Part shown: piece after piece, positions 1-7,809 of the stretch
Position numbering within the stretch: position 1 is the stretch's first letter
How the letters are laid out: each line of letters opens with the position of its first letter
Origin: an uncultured Clostridia bacterium
GTDB lineage: Bacteria > Bacillota > Clostridia > Christensenellales > Borkfalkiaceae
NCBI GenBank assembly: GCA_947632195.1
Contig: CANROE010000004.1
Location: forward strand, 31,183 to 95,182
Direction: 5' to 3'
DNA length: 64,000 nucleotides
Made by a program: the position numbers and the translations under genes
Notes under the pieces: model-generated
The model's database searches: none
What the model saw: the letters and a program-made list of their open reading frames with translations, nothing else
Told to the model about the DNA's origin: nothing

Positions 1-188
1 GCACCGCCGAAGAATTCCTCGAAAACAGTCTCAATCTTTCGGAGACGTCGCGCAATCTCTTCATGCACCGCAACACCCTCATGTACCGTCTCGACAAGAT
101 CGAACGGCTCACGGGCCTGAATATCCGCAAATTTTCGGACGCGGTCACGTTCCGTGTGATCACGATCCTCTATAAATTATTGCAATAA
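1..188 (+). CDS. 3' end of a PucR/CdaR-type transcriptional regulator (C-terminal HTH only; 5' end lies outside the window)
   Basis: Frame 3 reads ...LNLSETSRNLFMHRNTLMYRLDKIERLTGLNIRKFSDAVTFRVITILYKLLQ*. The HRNTL-YRL-KIE pattern is typical of PucR-type HTH domains. Stop TAA at 186-188. Confidence 0.6.
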   Translation, partial: TAEEFLENSLNLSETSRNLFMHRNTLMYRLDKIERLTGLNIRKFSDAVTFRVITILYKLLQ

Positions 189-197
189 GGAGCTTTC

Positions 198-1580
198 ATG
201 GAAAATCACGATCGGGACGATTTTTTCGATCTTCCCACGCCCGCGCCCGCACCTGCGGCGCAGCCTGCGCAGGGACAGACGGGCGGAACAAAAAAAACGG
301 TACGGGTGGTCGCCCTGGTGCTCGGCATTCTGCTTGCCGTCACGGGTGCCTTTCTCGGCGGTTGGTACGGGCAATATTATTCCCTCGATGAAGAGGTCCG
401 CAACTATCTTTGGGCGAAGTCCGTTTTGGAAAACAACTATTACCAACCGATCGAGGAGGGGGAACTGTATGAGTATCTCTATGCCTCCCTCTCCATCGAT
501 CCTTACACGCGATATTATCCCCCGCAGGAGTACAGCGACTATCTCGCGGAGGGAGCGGGAGAAAACGTCGGCATAGGGGTTTCTTTTCTCAACAGCGCTT
601 CCGAGGAGGAGACGGCGCAGATCTTTTCCATTGTAGAGAATTCCCCCGCCTGCCGCGTGGGGCTCAGAAAGGGAATGTATATCCTCGCCTTCGGAGAGAC
701 GGAGGACACGCTCTCGGAGGGGACTTACGGTGATTTCGCCCAATTTCTCCCCGCGCAGAAAGGGGAGTTTGTCCTGCGCTGCGGCTTTGAACAGGACGGC
801 TCGGACGCCCAAAATTATACGCTGAAACGGGTGAGCTACCAGGCCTCTTTCCTGCATTACCGCGACAGCGAAACGAGTTTCCGTTTCCAGGGAGACGGCA
901 GTACGCTGTCCCTCACCGAGACGCACGAACCGCTCGTCGGTCTGGATGAAAAAACGGCGTATATCCGCCTCGACGAATTCAGCGGCAACAATACGCCGGT
1001 AGAGTTTGTCAGCCTGCTCGAAAGAATGAAAGAGCGCGGAAGAACGGACCTTGTGCTCGATCTGCGTTCCAACGGCGGCGGATACCTCAGCATTCTGGGC
1101 GATATTGCCTCCCATCTGATGCGTACGGCGAAGGAGAAAAATCCCCCGGTGATCGTCACCACGTCACGCAGCGGGCAGGTTACGACCTATATCTGCGCGA
1201 GAAACGATTTCGGCAACTATTTCAACTCCGACTCCAAGGTGTATGTCCTTGCGGACGAATATACGGCGTCCGCGTCGGAGTGCCTCATCGGCGCCCTTGT
1301 CGATTACGGGACGTGCGCTTTTTCGGACATCTTTTTGCGGGAGAACGAGAACGGCGTCGCTAAGACGTACGGGAAAGGGATCATGCAATCGAGTTTTACG
1401 GCGGCAAACGGCGCGGCGATGAAGCTGACGGTCGCCACGGTAAACTGGCCTGTTTCGGGCAAGTGCATCCACGGCGTCGGCGTGATCCCGCAGGACGGCG
1501 CGATCCCCGTCCCCGGGCCGCTCTCGTGGGGGGCGAAAGACGTCATGCTTGAAGCGGTGCTCGCCAAAATTTGCGGCTAA
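198..1580 (+). CDS. S41 family (C-terminal processing type) serine peptidase, membrane anchored
   Basis: 460-aa ORF with SD AAGGAG upstream. It has an N-terminal hydrophobic segment and the DLRSNGGGY and TASASE motifs characteristic of S41 peptidases. Confidence 0.85.
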   Translation: MENHDRDDFFDLPTPAPAPAAQPAQGQTGGTKKTVRVVALVLGILLAVTGAFLGGWYGQYYSLDEEVRNYLWAKSVLENNYYQPIEEGELYEYLYASLSIDPYTRYYPPQEYSDYLAEGAGENVGIGVSFLNSASEEETAQIFSIVENSPACRVGLRKGMYILAFGETEDTLSEGTYGDFAQFLPAQKGEFVLRCGFEQDGSDAQNYTLKRVSYQASFLHYRDSETSFRFQGDGSTLSLTETHEPLVGLDEKTAYIRLDEFSGNNTPVEFVSLLERMKERGRTDLVLDLRSNGGGYLSILGDIASHLMRTAKEKNPPVIVTTSRSGQVTTYICARNDFGNYFNSDSKVYVLADEYTASASECLIGALVDYGTCAFSDIFLRENENGVAKTYGKGIMQSSFTAANGAAMKLTVATVNWPVSGKCIHGVGVIPQDGAIPVPGPLSWGAKDVMLEAVLAKICG

Positions 1581-1810
1581 ATTTTCTTTAAAAATTCTTC
1601 CAGCACATGCAGATCCTCTCCTCCTTGCGGGGGAGAGTTTTTTTGCGCGCTCTCCTCTGCCTCGGAGCCCGCTTGTTTCTGTCCGCCCGCGAGCGCCGTC
1701 AAAAGTTCGCGGTTTTCCCGATAGAAGGACAGCACCCCGAGCAGCCGTTTTTTAAATTCGCCGTCCTTTTCCGCATAAGTGAGTAGCAAAAGCACAACGA
1801 GCAATTCCAT
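1577..1810 (-). CDS. hypothetical 77-aa protein
   Basis: ORF convergent with the S41 gene and overlapping its stop by 4 nt. No recognisable motif; it may be spurious. Confidence 0.3.
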   Translation of the reverse strand: MELLVVLLLLTYAEKDGEFKKRLLGVLSFYRENRELLTALAGGQKQAGSEAEESAQKNSPPQGGEDLHVLEEFLKKI

Positions 1811-1877
1811 GTCCCCATTCTATGCCGCGAACAAAACGGGGGTTCCTTTTCATACAATGGGGGCAGAGAGGTGAATC

Positions 1878-2138
1878 ATGGACGACTTTGCAAGCTATTC
1901 GGGCAAACGCGAACAGACGGATTGGGCGAAGGAAGCGCAAACCATTGCCGCAAATTACAACGGAAAAAACGAGGGGGAGCTCACGCGGGATATTTTTTCC
2001 CGCGCCGCCGAGGGCAAGAGAAACGGCACCCTCACCAACGAGCAGATTGATCTCTTTTACAGTCAATTTGCGCCCATGCTCGACGGAGCAAAGCGCAAAA
2101 AATTGAAAAAACTCCTCGAACAGCTCAAAAGCATGTAA
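1878..2138 (+). CDS. hypothetical 86-aa protein
   Basis: SD GAGAGGTG lies a few nt upstream of the ATG. G/C-biased third codon positions. No family recognised. Confidence 0.45.
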   Translation: MDDFASYSGKREQTDWAKEAQTIAANYNGKNEGELTRDIFSRAAEGKRNGTLTNEQIDLFYSQFAPMLDGAKRKKLKKLLEQLKSM

Positions 2139-3252
2139 TGGTTTTGAGTGCCCGCACGAGCGCGTCCACCTCTTTCATCGACTGCATGGGGGAGAAGGAG
2201 ACGCGCACGAGCCCGTCGGGGAAGGTCCCGAGCGCCTTGTGCACGAGCGGCGCACAGTGCAACCCGCCGCGCACGGCAATGTCGTATTGCTCGGAGAGCA
2301 CGCCCGCAAGCTCTTCCGAAGAGAGCGTTTCATGGGCGAACGAGGCGATCCCGCAGGGATTGGGCGTAAAATAGAGCTTGTAGCTTTCCATGGGCAGGAG
2401 CGCAGCGTGGAGCACTGCGGTGAGCTCGAAGAGCCGTTCCGCGTACTCCTTCCGGTGCGCCTTCACGAGCAGGGCGCCCTCGAAGAGGGAACAGATCGCG
2501 GGATAGGAGAGGGTGCCCGCTTCCAGACGGTCGGGATAGAAATCGGGCATATCGGGGTTGAAACTCTCGCTGCCCGTCCCGCCGAAGAGGAGGGGGCGGG
2601 GATCCATGCGCTCGGAGAAGAGGAGCGCCGCCGCGCCCTGCATGGCAAACAGCCCTTTATGCCCCGCAAGCGCGAGGGCGTCTATGCCCCATTCCCGCAT
2701 ATGAATGGGCAGATGTCCGCCCCCTTGCGCGCCGTCTGTCACGAGAAACACATGTTCGGGCAGGCATTTTTTGATCGCCTTGATGTCGGGCGCCTCTCCC
2801 GTCACGTTGGAGGCGGTAGTCACCACGCACATGCGGGTGTTCTTCTTCACAAAGGAAGCGAGGAGCGCGGGATCGATGTGTCCGTTTTTTAAGGGGACGA
2901 CGTCATAGGAGATGACGCCCGCCTTTTGCAGAGCATGAAGGGGACGGAGCACCGAATTGTGTTCGAGACAGGTGGTGACCACATGATCGCCCGCCCGCAA
3001 AGTGCCCGAAATGGCAATGTTGAGCGCCTCGGTGCAGCTGCGCGTAAAGACGACGCGCTCGTAGCCGTAGCCGCCGAAGAGATCGGAAAGCAGGCGGCGG
3101 CAGGCAAGCACCTGTTCCGCGCAAGCGAGGGAGAGGCGGTGTCCGCTCCTCCCGGGATTGGCGCAGACTTTTAAGGCGGCGAGCACGGCATTCTGCACGG
3201 CGGCGGGCTTATAGCCCCCCGTCGCGGCATTATCGAGATAGATCATAATCAC
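2125..3252 (-). CDS. class V aminotransferase / cysteine desulfurase family protein
   Basis: 375 aa. IYLDNAATG at the N-terminus and a LAGHKGL (PLP-lysine) motif are typical of NifS/CsdA-like enzymes. Confidence 0.85.
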   Translation of the reverse strand: MIMIYLDNAATGGYKPAAVQNAVLAALKVCANPGRSGHRLSLACAEQVLACRRLLSDLFGGYGYERVVFTRSCTEALNIAISGTLRAGDHVVTTCLEHNSVLRPLHALQKAGVISYDVVPLKNGHIDPALLASFVKKNTRMCVVTTASNVTGEAPDIKAIKKCLPEHVFLVTDGAQGGGHLPIHMREWGIDALALAGHKGLFAMQGAAALLFSERMDPRPLLFGGTGSESFNPDMPDFYPDRLEAGTLSYPAICSLFEGALLVKAHRKEYAERLFELTAVLHAALLPMESYKLYFTPNPCGIASFAHETLSSEELAGVLSEQYDIAVRGGLHCAPLVHKALGTFPDGLVRVSFSPMQSMKEVDALVRALKTITCF

Positions 3253-3301
3253 TCCGGGGAAAAAGAAATCGATTTATTTTTACGACGGCAGAGGATATTT
3301 T

Positions 3302-3544
3302 ATGACAATGTTGGCTGTTTTTCGCTCTCGGGCGCAGACGCTCGAATACATCTCCGCGCTGAAAACAAGCGGCGTGCCCGCGCAGGCGGTGAATACGCCC
3401 AAGGAGGCGGGGGTCGGGTGCGGGATCTCGGCGCGGTTCGAGGAGACCTTCTTTCCCCGCGCCCGTTCTTGTCTTGCAAAGCGGCAATACTCTTCTTTTT
3501 CGGGATTCATGAAAAACACGGGCGGCAGGTTCGGCTATCTTTGA
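3302..3544 (+). CDS. DUF3343-like small protein (putative S/Se carrier)
   Basis: 80 aa with SD GAGG. Size, a central GCG motif and divergent pairing with a cysteine desulfurase match DUF3343 as I remember it. Confidence 0.55.
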   Translation: MTMLAVFRSRAQTLEYISALKTSGVPAQAVNTPKEAGVGCGISARFEETFFPRARSCLAKRQYSSFSGFMKNTGGRFGYL

Positions 3545-3560
3545 GCCGTTAAATTTAGAG

Positions 3561-3589
3561 TTGTCAAACGTCCGCAAGTGTGGTATAAT
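3561..3589 (+). promoter_or_regulatory. sigma-A type promoter of nth (extended -10)
   Basis: TTGTCA (3561-3566), 17-nt spacer, TGgTATAAT (3581-3589). The ATG at 3596 follows the -10 by 6 nt. Confidence 0.6.
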
Positions 3590-3595
3590 GCGGGT

Positions 3596-4225
3596 ATGGA
3601 CAGAAAATCTGAAATTTTGCGGGAGCTCGAACGGCTCTATTTCGGTGCAAAGCCCGCATTGCAATTCAAAACTCCCTACGAGCTGTTGGTGGCGGTCATC
3701 CTCTCCGCGCAGTGCACGGACGAGCGGGTGAACAAGGTGACGGAAGTCCTCTTCCGCACGCACAACACTCCCGAAAAAATGCTCATGCTCTCGCAAGAGG
3801 AGCTCGAAAAATACATCTTCTCCTGCGGCTTTTACCGCAACAAGGCGGCGCACATTCTCTCCGCCTCGCAGGATATTGTCCAAAAATTCGGCGGACAAGT
3901 CCCCGATAATTTGGAGGAGATGCAAAGTCTCGCAGGCGTGGGCAGAAAGACGGCGAACGTCGTGTATGCGGTCGCCTTCGGCGGGGACGCCATCGCCGTG
4001 GATACGCATGTGTTCCGCGTCGCAAACAGAACGCAGCTCGCCGTCGGCAACACCCCCGAAAAGGTGGAGACGGGCCTCATGCAGGTCATTCCCAAGGAAA
4101 AATGGTCTCAGGCGCACCATTGGCTCATCTGGCACGGCAGAAAGGTCTGCCATTCCCAAAAGCCCGACTGCGCCCATTGCACCCTCGCCCCTTGGTGTCC
4201 CTCGGCATTTCAAACGGGCAAGTAA
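3596..4225 (+). CDS. nth: endonuclease III (DNA glycosylase/AP lyase)
   Basis: LVAVILSAQCTDERVN (HhH-GPD) plus the C-x6-C-x2-C-x5-C cluster loop CHSQKPDCAHCTLAPWC. Start moved from the track GTG 3578, which lies inside the promoter, to ATG 3596. Confidence 0.9.
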   Translation: MDRKSEILRELERLYFGAKPALQFKTPYELLVAVILSAQCTDERVNKVTEVLFRTHNTPEKMLMLSQEELEKYIFSCGFYRNKAAHILSASQDIVQKFGGQVPDNLEEMQSLAGVGRKTANVVYAVAFGGDAIAVDTHVFRVANRTQLAVGNTPEKVETGLMQVIPKEKWSQAHHWLIWHGRKVCHSQKPDCAHCTLAPWCPSAFQTGK

Positions 4226-4310
4226 GAACGCAAAGGGGCGCGCGCAGGTTTTGATACTTTTGTATAAATGTCGCCTCCGTCGGCAATAACAGCCGCAAGG
4301 AGGTTTTTTC

Positions 4311-4505
4311 ATGACCAATTTAACGGCAAAAGATTTAGACGTTTTGAGCCATGTACTCACGGCGGAAGAAATGGCGTGCAAAAAGGCGAGAATTTACGCA
4401 AGCACGCTCACCGACGCGGCGCTCGCGCAGGAGATGGAGGCGATCGCGGGCGCACATGCGGAGCGTTTCAACGCGCTCTATGCCATTTTGGGAGGGAAAT
4501 CATGA
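4311..4505 (+). CDS. hypothetical 64-aa protein coupled to the cotF-like gene
   Basis: SD AAGGAGG upstream. The stop TGA overlaps the next ATG (ATGA at 4502-4505). Confidence 0.5.
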   Translation: MTNLTAKDLDVLSHVLTAEEMACKKARIYASTLTDAALAQEMEAIAGAHAERFNALYAILGGKS

Positions 4506-4792
4506 AACAGAGCAAACAAGAGACCACACTCAACGAAAAAGACGCCCTTCAAGATATGCTCGACACCGAAAAGTTGCTCATGAGCTATTATTCGGTGGCG
4601 CTCGTCGAGGGGAGCTGCCAGCCGTTCCGCAAAGCGATCCTCAAAAATTACACGTCGAGCGCGGAGACGCAGTTCAACGTGTTCGAGCAAATGCTCTCGC
4701 GCGGCTACTATCAGGTAATGCCCGCCGAAAAGATGCTCATCGACCAAAAGACGGAGACGTTTTCCAAGGTCCAAAAGCAGATCGCACAATAA
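4502..4792 (+). CDS. Coat F domain (CotF-like) spore coat protein
   Basis: 96 aa starting at an internal ATG of track ORF 4268..4792. The helical LNEKDALQDMLDTEKLLMSYYSVALVEG... pattern resembles CotF-family proteins (from memory). Confidence 0.6.
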   Translation: MKQSKQETTLNEKDALQDMLDTEKLLMSYYSVALVEGSCQPFRKAILKNYTSSAETQFNVFEQMLSRGYYQVMPAEKMLIDQKTETFSKVQKQIAQ

Positions 4793-5170
4793 GAGCTCGC
4801 CCCATAAGCGGCTCCTTATCAAGACCTGCCCCTCACTCGTGGGGGCGGGTGGCTCACGCAGCGAGACAGGTGGGGGCTGCTCTCGCGCTCCTTGTCTTGC
4901 TTGTTTCTGAGGCGAGCGAATGGCGCTACGTTCTCCCATAAGCGGCGCAATACGGTGTCCGCTCTCGCCCTCCCCCGCGCGTTCCGCGCGGGGGAGGGGT
5001 AGGGGAGGGGCACCTTATTTACCCCCTCCGTGGGAGGGGTGAGGGGGCGAGTCCCAAATTGTCATTTCGAGCGGAACGAAGTGAAGTCGAGAAATCTCGC
5101 CTTATTTTACCCATTCCCCAAGGCCGCATAACCTTATTTTCCTCAACACATACTGAAAGGGGAGGGGAAT
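4793..5170. repeat. intergenic hairpin-repeat modules (P, T, S types)
   Basis: Module P is at 4823-4875. A perfect 14-bp stem / 3-nt loop hairpin is at 4968-4998. Module T is near 5023-5050 and module S (TTGTCATTTCGAGCGGAACGAAGTGAAGTCGAGAAATCTC) is at 5059-5098. All recur elsewhere in the window. Confidence 0.85.
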
Positions 5171-5314
5171 ATGCCGAAGAAGGTCAAACGCAACAACAGC
5201 GGCAAGGGCGAGCGGGACAACACGGGTTATGCGCACAATCCGCGCTACTGTATGATCCTGCCCGACGCCGAAAAGCCGGACGAGGACAACATTGCCTCGT
5301 CGAGTGAATCGTAA
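5171..5314 (+). CDS. hypothetical 47-aa basic/acidic small protein
   Basis: Below the track's size cutoff. GGAGGGG SD lies 4 nt before the ATG. Reads MPKKVKRNNSGKGERDNTGYAHNPRYCMILPDAEKPDEDNIASSSES* and is followed by a strong terminator. Confidence 0.45.
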   Translation: MPKKVKRNNSGKGERDNTGYAHNPRYCMILPDAEKPDEDNIASSSES

Positions 5315-5329
5315 AGAGTGTAAAAGAGA

Positions 5330-5368
5330 GCCGCACGCGGACAAGTCCGCGTGCGGCAATTTTGTTTT
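5330..5368 (+). terminator. rho-independent terminator
   Basis: GCCGCACGCGGA-caag-TCCGCGTGCGGC (12-bp stem) followed by aaTTTTgTTTT. Confidence 0.7.
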
Positions 5369-6553
5369 CTTGTTTTTGTTGTTTTCTTCGGGGCGTTCTT
5401 AATATTTGTCATTTCACCCCGTGCTATCCTAAATTGTCATTTCGCCCCGCGCGCAGTTCTGATTCTCTAAGCGCGGCACGAGCCGTAGGCGAAATAATGC
5501 GGGGTTCTACCCACATGAGACAGTGGCACGCAGTGCCGAAGGGGGGGACGATGTCTTTTGTTCTAAGTACGTTACCCTCTCCTGCACTTTCTAAAATACG
5601 TCACCCTGAGCTTGTCGAAGGGTGTCCGCTTTTCCTTGCTGTCCCTTTTAGGGAAAGTACCCGCGTAGCGGGGGAAAGGGTTTTGTCATTTCGTCCCGCT
5701 GTTTCAAACAATGTCATTTCGACCAAGGGAGCGGAGCGACCGCGTGGAGAAATCTCACAATATTAAGGCTCCCGAAAAAGATTGCGGAGCAAGATTTTTC
5801 GGGAAGAGGAGCCACCGCACGCAAACGGAGCTTTCGCAAGGAAAGCGTATAAAGCGGGCGTGTGGCGACGAGGTAGAGATGTCTCGACACACCTCGTTCC
5901 TCGGTGGCTCGACATGACATTTGGGAATGGTTTTCATTTCCCCCTTGCTGCCCCCAACTTGTTTTTTTGGGGGAGGGGGGGAAGTGGCGAACACAGTGAG
6001 CCGAAAGGGGGGACGGTTACTCATGTAAAAAAATAAGGAGCCCCCGCCCCTATCCCCCCCCGCAGAGCGGGGGAAAGTGGCGAACACAGTGAGCCGAAGG
6101 GGGGCCATTCTTCTTGCTGTCCCTGAAAGAGAAAGTACCCGCGTAGCGGGGGAAAGGGTTACAACCCCTCAGTCACTTCGTGACAGCTCCCCTATAAGGG
6201 GCGCCGAGTAGTACCCCCACCTGACGCCTGCGGCGCCACCCGCCCCCGTAAACAGGGGCAGGTCTTGCCCCCTCCCACGGAGGGGGTAGGGGGGCGTGTT
6301 CTAAACCACTGCGCGTTGGAAAATCGCCATTTTGCGCTGCGCGACCACATTTGTTGCATACTTGCAACTTATTGTCCGATGAAACGAATGAGAGGAAAAG
6401 CAAGTTAAGGCGCAAACGCATGTTTCCTCGCACAATTATTTTCCGATGTGCGGTTCGCTGAAAACCATGGGGATACACTCGACTTCGCGCTTCGCGCTCC
6501 GCTCTGTATGACATCGAGGAAAAGAATTGTGCGAAACTAATCTCGTGAACCCT
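5369..6553. repeat. 1.2-kb mosaic of intergenic repeat modules with no credible gene
   Basis: Module copies: S-type 5712-5760; R 5634-5682 and 6113-6160; Q 6165-6208; P (reverse) 6213-6266; T ~6271-6295. A ~130-nt segment (5758-5890) is shared with 19298-19430. AAGAATTGTGCGAAACTAA at ~6515-6550 is shared with ~43358-43390. Confidence 0.85.
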
Positions 6554-7654
6554 TTACACATTAAACCGAAACAGCACGACGTCGCCGTCTTTCATCACAT
6601 AGTCCTTGCCCTCGGAGCGCACTTTGCCCTTTTCGCGCGCGCCCGCAAGTCCGCCGCATTCGAGCAGCGTCTCCCATTCCACGACTTCGGCGCGGATAAA
6701 TCCCTTTTCAAAATCGGAGTGGATCTTCCCCGCAGCCTGCGGCGCCTTTGTCCCTTTCACGATCGTCCACGCCCGCGTCTCTTTTTCGCCCGCCGTGAGG
6801 TAGGAAATGAGCCCTAAAAGCGAGTAGCTCGCCTTGATGAGCTTATCAAGTCCGCTTTCTTTTAAGCCGAACTCTTCGAGGAACATCGCGCGATCCTCCT
6901 CTTCCATTTGGGAGAGCTCCTCCTCCGTCTTGGCGCAGATGACGATGACCCCCGCCCGATGCTTTGCGGCATATTCCTTCACAGCGGCCACAAAGGGAAT
7001 TTTATCCTCGTCCTCGCCCATGTCCTTTTCGGCGATGTTCGCGCAGTAGATGACGGGCTTTGACGAGAGCAAAAACAAATTGTCGAGCATGGGCTGCTCT
7101 TCCTCGGTGCAGGGATAGCTGCTTGCGGGCTTTTCCGCTTCGAGGTGGGGGAGCAACTTTTCGAGGAAGGCATACTCGGCGGCGGCGTTCTTGTCCGCGC
7201 CCCCGCGCGCCGCACTGCGGATGCGGTCCTGCTTTTTTTGCACCGCTTCGATGTCGGCCAAGATGAGCTCTAAATTGATGGTCTCGATATCCCGCACGGG
7301 ATCGACGGAATTTTCCACATGGGTCACGTTTTCGTCCTCGAAACAGCGCACCACATGCACAATGGCGTCCACCTCGCGGATATGGGAGAGGAACTTATTT
7401 CCCAAGCCCTCGCCGCGGCTTGCGCCCTTGACGAGCCCCGCGATGTCCACGAATTCGACGACGGCGGGCGTCACTTTTTTGCTCGAATAGAGGGCGGCGA
7501 GCTTTTCGAGCCGCTCGTCGGGAACTGCGACCACGCCCACGTTGGGTTCGATGGTGCAGAAAGGATAGTTTGCGGCCTCCGCGCCCGCATGCGTGATGGC
7601 ATTAAACAGAGTGGATTTGCCTACGTTGGGAAGTCCCACTACGCCCAATTTCAT
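6554..7654 (-). CDS. ychF: redox-regulated ATPase YchF (Obg-family GTPase-like)
   Basis: MKLGVVGLPNVGKSTLFNAIT... with the C-terminal TGS-like end ...DGDVVLFRFNV. Start set to the internal ATG 7654, which has SD AAGGAG; the upstream extension in the track ORF has no support. Confidence 0.9.
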   Translation of the reverse strand: MKLGVVGLPNVGKSTLFNAITHAGAEAANYPFCTIEPNVGVVAVPDERLEKLAALYSSKKVTPAVVEFVDIAGLVKGASRGEGLGNKFLSHIREVDAIVHVVRCFEDENVTHVENSVDPVRDIETINLELILADIEAVQKKQDRIRSAARGGADKNAAAEYAFLEKLLPHLEAEKPASSYPCTEEEQPMLDNLFLLSSKPVIYCANIAEKDMGEDEDKIPFVAAVKEYAAKHRAGVIVICAKTEEELSQMEEEDRAMFLEEFGLKESGLDKLIKASYSLLGLISYLTAGEKETRAWTIVKGTKAPQAAGKIHSDFEKGFIRAEVVEWETLLECGGLAGAREKGKVRSEGKDYVMKDGDVVLFRFNV

Positions 7655-7759
7655 ATCGTTCTCCTTACGTCCGCGCACAGGCTTTTCCGCGCGCGGCTCT
7701 TCTTTTCCGGATAATGACTCCATTATAAAACATTTCCCCGTAAAGTTCAACTCTTTCGG

Positions 7760-7788
7760 TTGCTTAAATTGCAAAATTATGGTAGAAT
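7760..7788 (+). promoter_or_regulatory. sigma-A type promoter of argS
   Basis: TTGCTT (7760-7765), 17-nt spacer, TGgTAGAAT (7780-7788). Confidence 0.5.
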
Positions 7789-7809
7789 GGCGGGGAAAGG
7801 AAGTGGAAT

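Noticed and set aside
5059-6514. Track ORFs lying in repeat DNA: 5059..5307, 5362..5766, 5711..5917, 5755..6108 and 6173..6514. The same applies to 19122..19541, 34471..34686, 42914..43111 and 37023..37211.
   Set aside because: They are translations of the dispersed repeat modules, giving for example ...CHFERNEVESRNL and ...GAPYRGAVTK. The same DNA occurs in both orientations and in different frames at other loci, and none has an SD.
4793-6553. Possibility that the repeat clusters are CRISPR arrays
   Set aside because: There is no single repeat of constant length alternating with unique spacers of constant size. The modules are heterogeneous, occur in both orientations, and no cas genes are present.
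7655-7809. T-box leader upstream of argS
   Set aside because: The spacer is only 155 bp and is largely taken by the promoter. No specifier-loop/T-box sequence or terminator-antiterminator pair is visible.
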